Part shown: positions 62,031-64,000 of the stretch, piece by piece | Layout: every line of letters begins with the position of its first letter | Numbering within the stretch: the stretch's first letter is position 1 | NCBI GenBank assembly: GCA_041180605.1 | Contig: JBEGRF010000051.1 | Location: forward strand, 36,421 to 100,420 | DNA from: Actinomycetota bacterium | GTDB lineage: Bacteria > Actinomycetota > Acidimicrobiia > Acidimicrobiales > Ilumatobacteraceae | DNA length: 64,000 nt | Direction: 5' to 3' | Position numbers and translations under genes: made by a program | Notes under the pieces: model-generated | Databases searched by the model: none | The model's input: the letters and a program-made list of their open reading frames with translations, nothing else | Told to the model about the DNA's origin: nothing

Positions 62031-63296
62031 CTAGTCGAGTCGCACGCCCAGCGTGCGCAGCGCCAACGATGCGTACATCGCGATGCCGGTCTTCATTGCT
62101 TTCTCGTCGAACATGACTCGGTTGGAGTGGTTCGGTGCTGCCGTCGCTGGGTTCACACCGTCTGGCGTCCCGCCGAGGAAGATCATGGCTCCCGGCAGCT
62201 TGTTGAGCACGTACGAGAAGTCTTCGGCGCCCATGACCGGGGTGGGCAAGCGCACGGCCTTGTCCGCACCGATCAGTGCGTCGGCAACCTGGAGCCCGAA
62301 TTCGGCGCTGGGTCCGTCGTTGACCGTCACCGGATAACCGATCGTCACTGTCACCGTGGCCGACATTTCGTGCGTGGCCGCGATTCCCTCCGCCACGCGT
62401 TGAAGTCCGGCGTGGATCTTCTTGCGCGTCGACTCGCTGACGGCTCGGATGGTGCCGTTGACATAGACAGTCTCAGGAATCACGTTCGACGTCGTACCGG
62501 TGTGAATCTGCGTCACCGTCACCACGGCAGGGTCGAACACGGGAATCCGCCTCGTTACGTGCGTCTGCAAAGCCTGCACGATCTCGCACGCAACCGGCAC
62601 GGGGTCGAGCGTTCGGAACGGCTCGGACGCGTGGCCGCCTTTGCCCGTCACAGTGATTTCGAAGGTGTCGGAAGACGCCATGGTCGGCCCGCCTTTGGCA
62701 GTCACCCAACCGGCAGGGATTGCCGTCGTGATGTGCAGCGCATAGGCCGAACTCACCGGTGAAGGGGTACCGTCGGCGAGCGGCGGCACGTCGAGCAGAC
62801 CTTCTTCGAGCATGAACTTGGCGCCGTGATGGCCTTCTTCGCCCGGCTGGAACATGAAAAGCACTCGGCCCGGCAGTTCGTCCTTGCGCGCCGCCAGCAA
62901 CCGCGCCGTCGTCGCGAGCATCGAAGTGTGCGTGTCGTGCCCGCAGGCATGCATCATGTTGTCGTTGCGCGAGGCGAAGTCGAGACCGGTGTCTTCTGGC
63001 ATCGGCAAGGCGTCCATGTCGCCGCGCAGCATCACCGTCGGCCCCGGCTTGCCGCCGGTCAGGAGTGCCGCGATACCGCTCGTCGACTCGTGCAGCGTGA
63101 TGTCGAGGGGGAGGTCCTCAAGCGATTCGAGCACGGCGTCACGCGTCTTGGGCAGATGGTTTCCGACCTCGGGCCACTCGTGGAGGCGTCGTCGCAACGA
63201 GACTGCGCCGTCGTACAACTCGTCGACGTGCGAGGAGAGGTTCTTCGCGGTGCCGTGTGCGTCGCGTGCCGCGAGCGTCTGTGCATGTTCAGCCAT
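62031..63296 (-). CDS. M20/M40 family amidohydrolase (aminoacylase/hippurate-hydrolase type)
   Basis: ATG 63296 (MAEHAQTLAARD). RRRLHEWPEVG, LRGDMDALPM, MHACGHDTH, FMFQPGEEG. Confidence 0.88.
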   Translation of the reverse strand: MAEHAQTLAARDAHGTAKNLSSHVDELYDGAVSLRRRLHEWPEVGNHLPKTRDAVLESLEDLPLDITLHESTSGIAALLTGGKPGPTVMLRGDMDALPMPEDTGLDFASRNDNMMHACGHDTHTSMLATTARLLAARKDELPGRVLFMFQPGEEGHHGAKFMLEEGLLDVPPLADGTPSPVSSAYALHITTAIPAGWVTAKGGPTMASSDTFEITVTGKGGHASEPFRTLDPVPVACEIVQALQTHVTRRIPVFDPAVVTVTQIHTGTTSNVIPETVYVNGTIRAVSESTRKKIHAGLQRVAEGIAATHEMSATVTVTIGYPVTVNDGPSAEFGLQVADALIGADKAVRLPTPVMGAEDFSYVLNKLPGAMIFLGGTPDGVNPATAAPNHSNRVMFDEKAMKTGIAMYASLALRTLGVRLD

Positions 63297-63341
63297 TGAC
63301 TCATCGTAGGTCGCATCCTGCCGTCTACGCTTAGGGCGACG

Positions 63342-63587
63342 ATGTCGACGCTCGTTGTGGAGTTCACCGTTGAACCGTTCGTCGAAGGGCATCCTGGCCC
63401 GCACGTGAAGCAAGCCGTGGCTGCGGTCGAGCAGCACGGCCTGAAGGTCGATTTCGGTCCGTTCGGTTCGACCTTCGCAGTCGACGTCGATCGCATGCCA
63501 GCAGTCGTCTCCGACATGATGCGTGCGGCGTACGCCAACGGAGCCACGTTCGTCAGTGTGAGCGTGGCGCGCCAGATGATGCCATGA
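63342..63587 (+). CDS. MTH1187/YkoF-like (thiamine-binding, DUF77) small protein
   Basis: 81 aa. MSTLVVEFTVEPFVEG...HGLKVDFGPFGSTFAV... fits the ferredoxin-like UPF0045 pattern, by recollection. Confidence 0.6.
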   Translation: MSTLVVEFTVEPFVEGHPGPHVKQAVAAVEQHGLKVDFGPFGSTFAVDVDRMPAVVSDMMRAAYANGATFVSVSVARQMMP

Positions 63588-63943
63588 CGTTGCGTCATCC
63601 TTTGCTCGACACCGTGCAACCGTTGCTCGCCGCCCTGGGTGCCACCGTGGTGGCAGTCGATCAGATCAGCAAAGCCGACGTGCCGCTCGTGTGGGAGGGC
63701 AAGGTCGTTGCCGGTGTCCGCCTTCCGGCGCTGCACGGCGCGATGGATCGGCTCATCGACTCCGTCGAGAAGGAACTCGGAGGCAAACTCGCGTTGTTGT
63801 CTCGTGCCGAGAAGCAGCGAGCCATTCGTTTGCTCGACGAGCGTGGTGCGTTCATACTCCGTCGCGCCGTGGAAGACGTTGCTGACGCGATGGGCGTCTC
63901 ACGCATCACGGTGTACAACTACCTCAACTCACTGCACCGCTGA
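63584..63943 (+). CDS. Small regulator with C-terminal helix-turn-helix
   Basis: 119 aa. ATGA overlap with the previous gene. C-terminal HTH VEDVADAMGVSRITVYNYLN. Confidence 0.65.
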   Translation: MTLRHPLLDTVQPLLAALGATVVAVDQISKADVPLVWEGKVVAGVRLPALHGAMDRLIDSVEKELGGKLALLSRAEKQRAIRLLDERGAFILRRAVEDVADAMGVSRITVYNYLNSLHR

Positions 63944-63950
63944 CTGAATT

Positions 63951-63970
63951 GCGGCTCGAGTGCGAGCCGC
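63951..63970 (+). terminator. Stem-loop terminator candidate
   Basis: GCGGCTCG-agtg-CGAGCCGC (8-bp perfect stem) lies 8 nt after the stop and is followed by tcacgttcttt. Confidence 0.5.
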
Positions 63971-64000
63971 TCACGTTCTTTGGCGCTTACAGTTTCCGTA

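Overview
The window is densely coding and high-GC by eye (GC was not computed). It covers the replication-origin neighbourhood of an Actinomycetota-type chromosome. That assignment is an inference from gene order: gyrB<-DUF721<-recF<-dnaN<-dnaA, then rpmH->rnpA->yidD->yidC->jag->rsmG->parA->parB. The caa3-type oxidase suggests a deep-branching, Acidimicrobiia-like lineage, but this was not verified. Downstream genes, in order:
- A long minus-strand run: GNAT, Rv3909-like exported protein, DegV, Ser/Thr kinase, small membrane protein, trxB, trxA.
- cca, then rpsF-ssb-rpsR-rplI and dnaB.
- A ~1.45 kb AT-richer islet carrying an FkbM-type methyltransferase, abutting the 3' end of tRNA-Gly(CCC).
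- dcd, an Rv0338c-like Fe-S/CCG membrane oxidoreductase, a stand-alone cNMP-binding protein, gpmA and rbsK.
- The dnaK-grpE-dnaJ-hspR-clpB operon, a HisD-family paralog, and purA-purB-pyrE.
- A tRNA Glu-Asp-Phe cluster, clpS plus a DUF2017-like gene.
- A large respiratory cluster (ctaB, three unusual oxidase-like genes, ctaC-ctaD-ctaE-ctaF-ctaG).
- An ABC-2 exporter, serS-pdxH, tlpA-ccdA-DUF867, a thioesterase/GT2 pair, orn, dut, a CoA-transferase, an M20 amidohydrolase, and small YkoF-like and HTH genes.

Many adjacent genes overlap by ATGA or GTGA, which suggests translational coupling. I saw no rRNA genes, CRISPR array, transposase or integrase.

The most unusual content is a three-gene set (44052-47291) between ctaB and ctaC. 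These genes look like diverged copies of heme-copper oxidase subunits I and III plus a membrane protein with a cupredoxin-like tail. By eye alignment to the bona fide ctaD/ctaE next door, they have lost the metal and heme ligands. All homology calls come from motif recognition and manual alignment; no database search was run.
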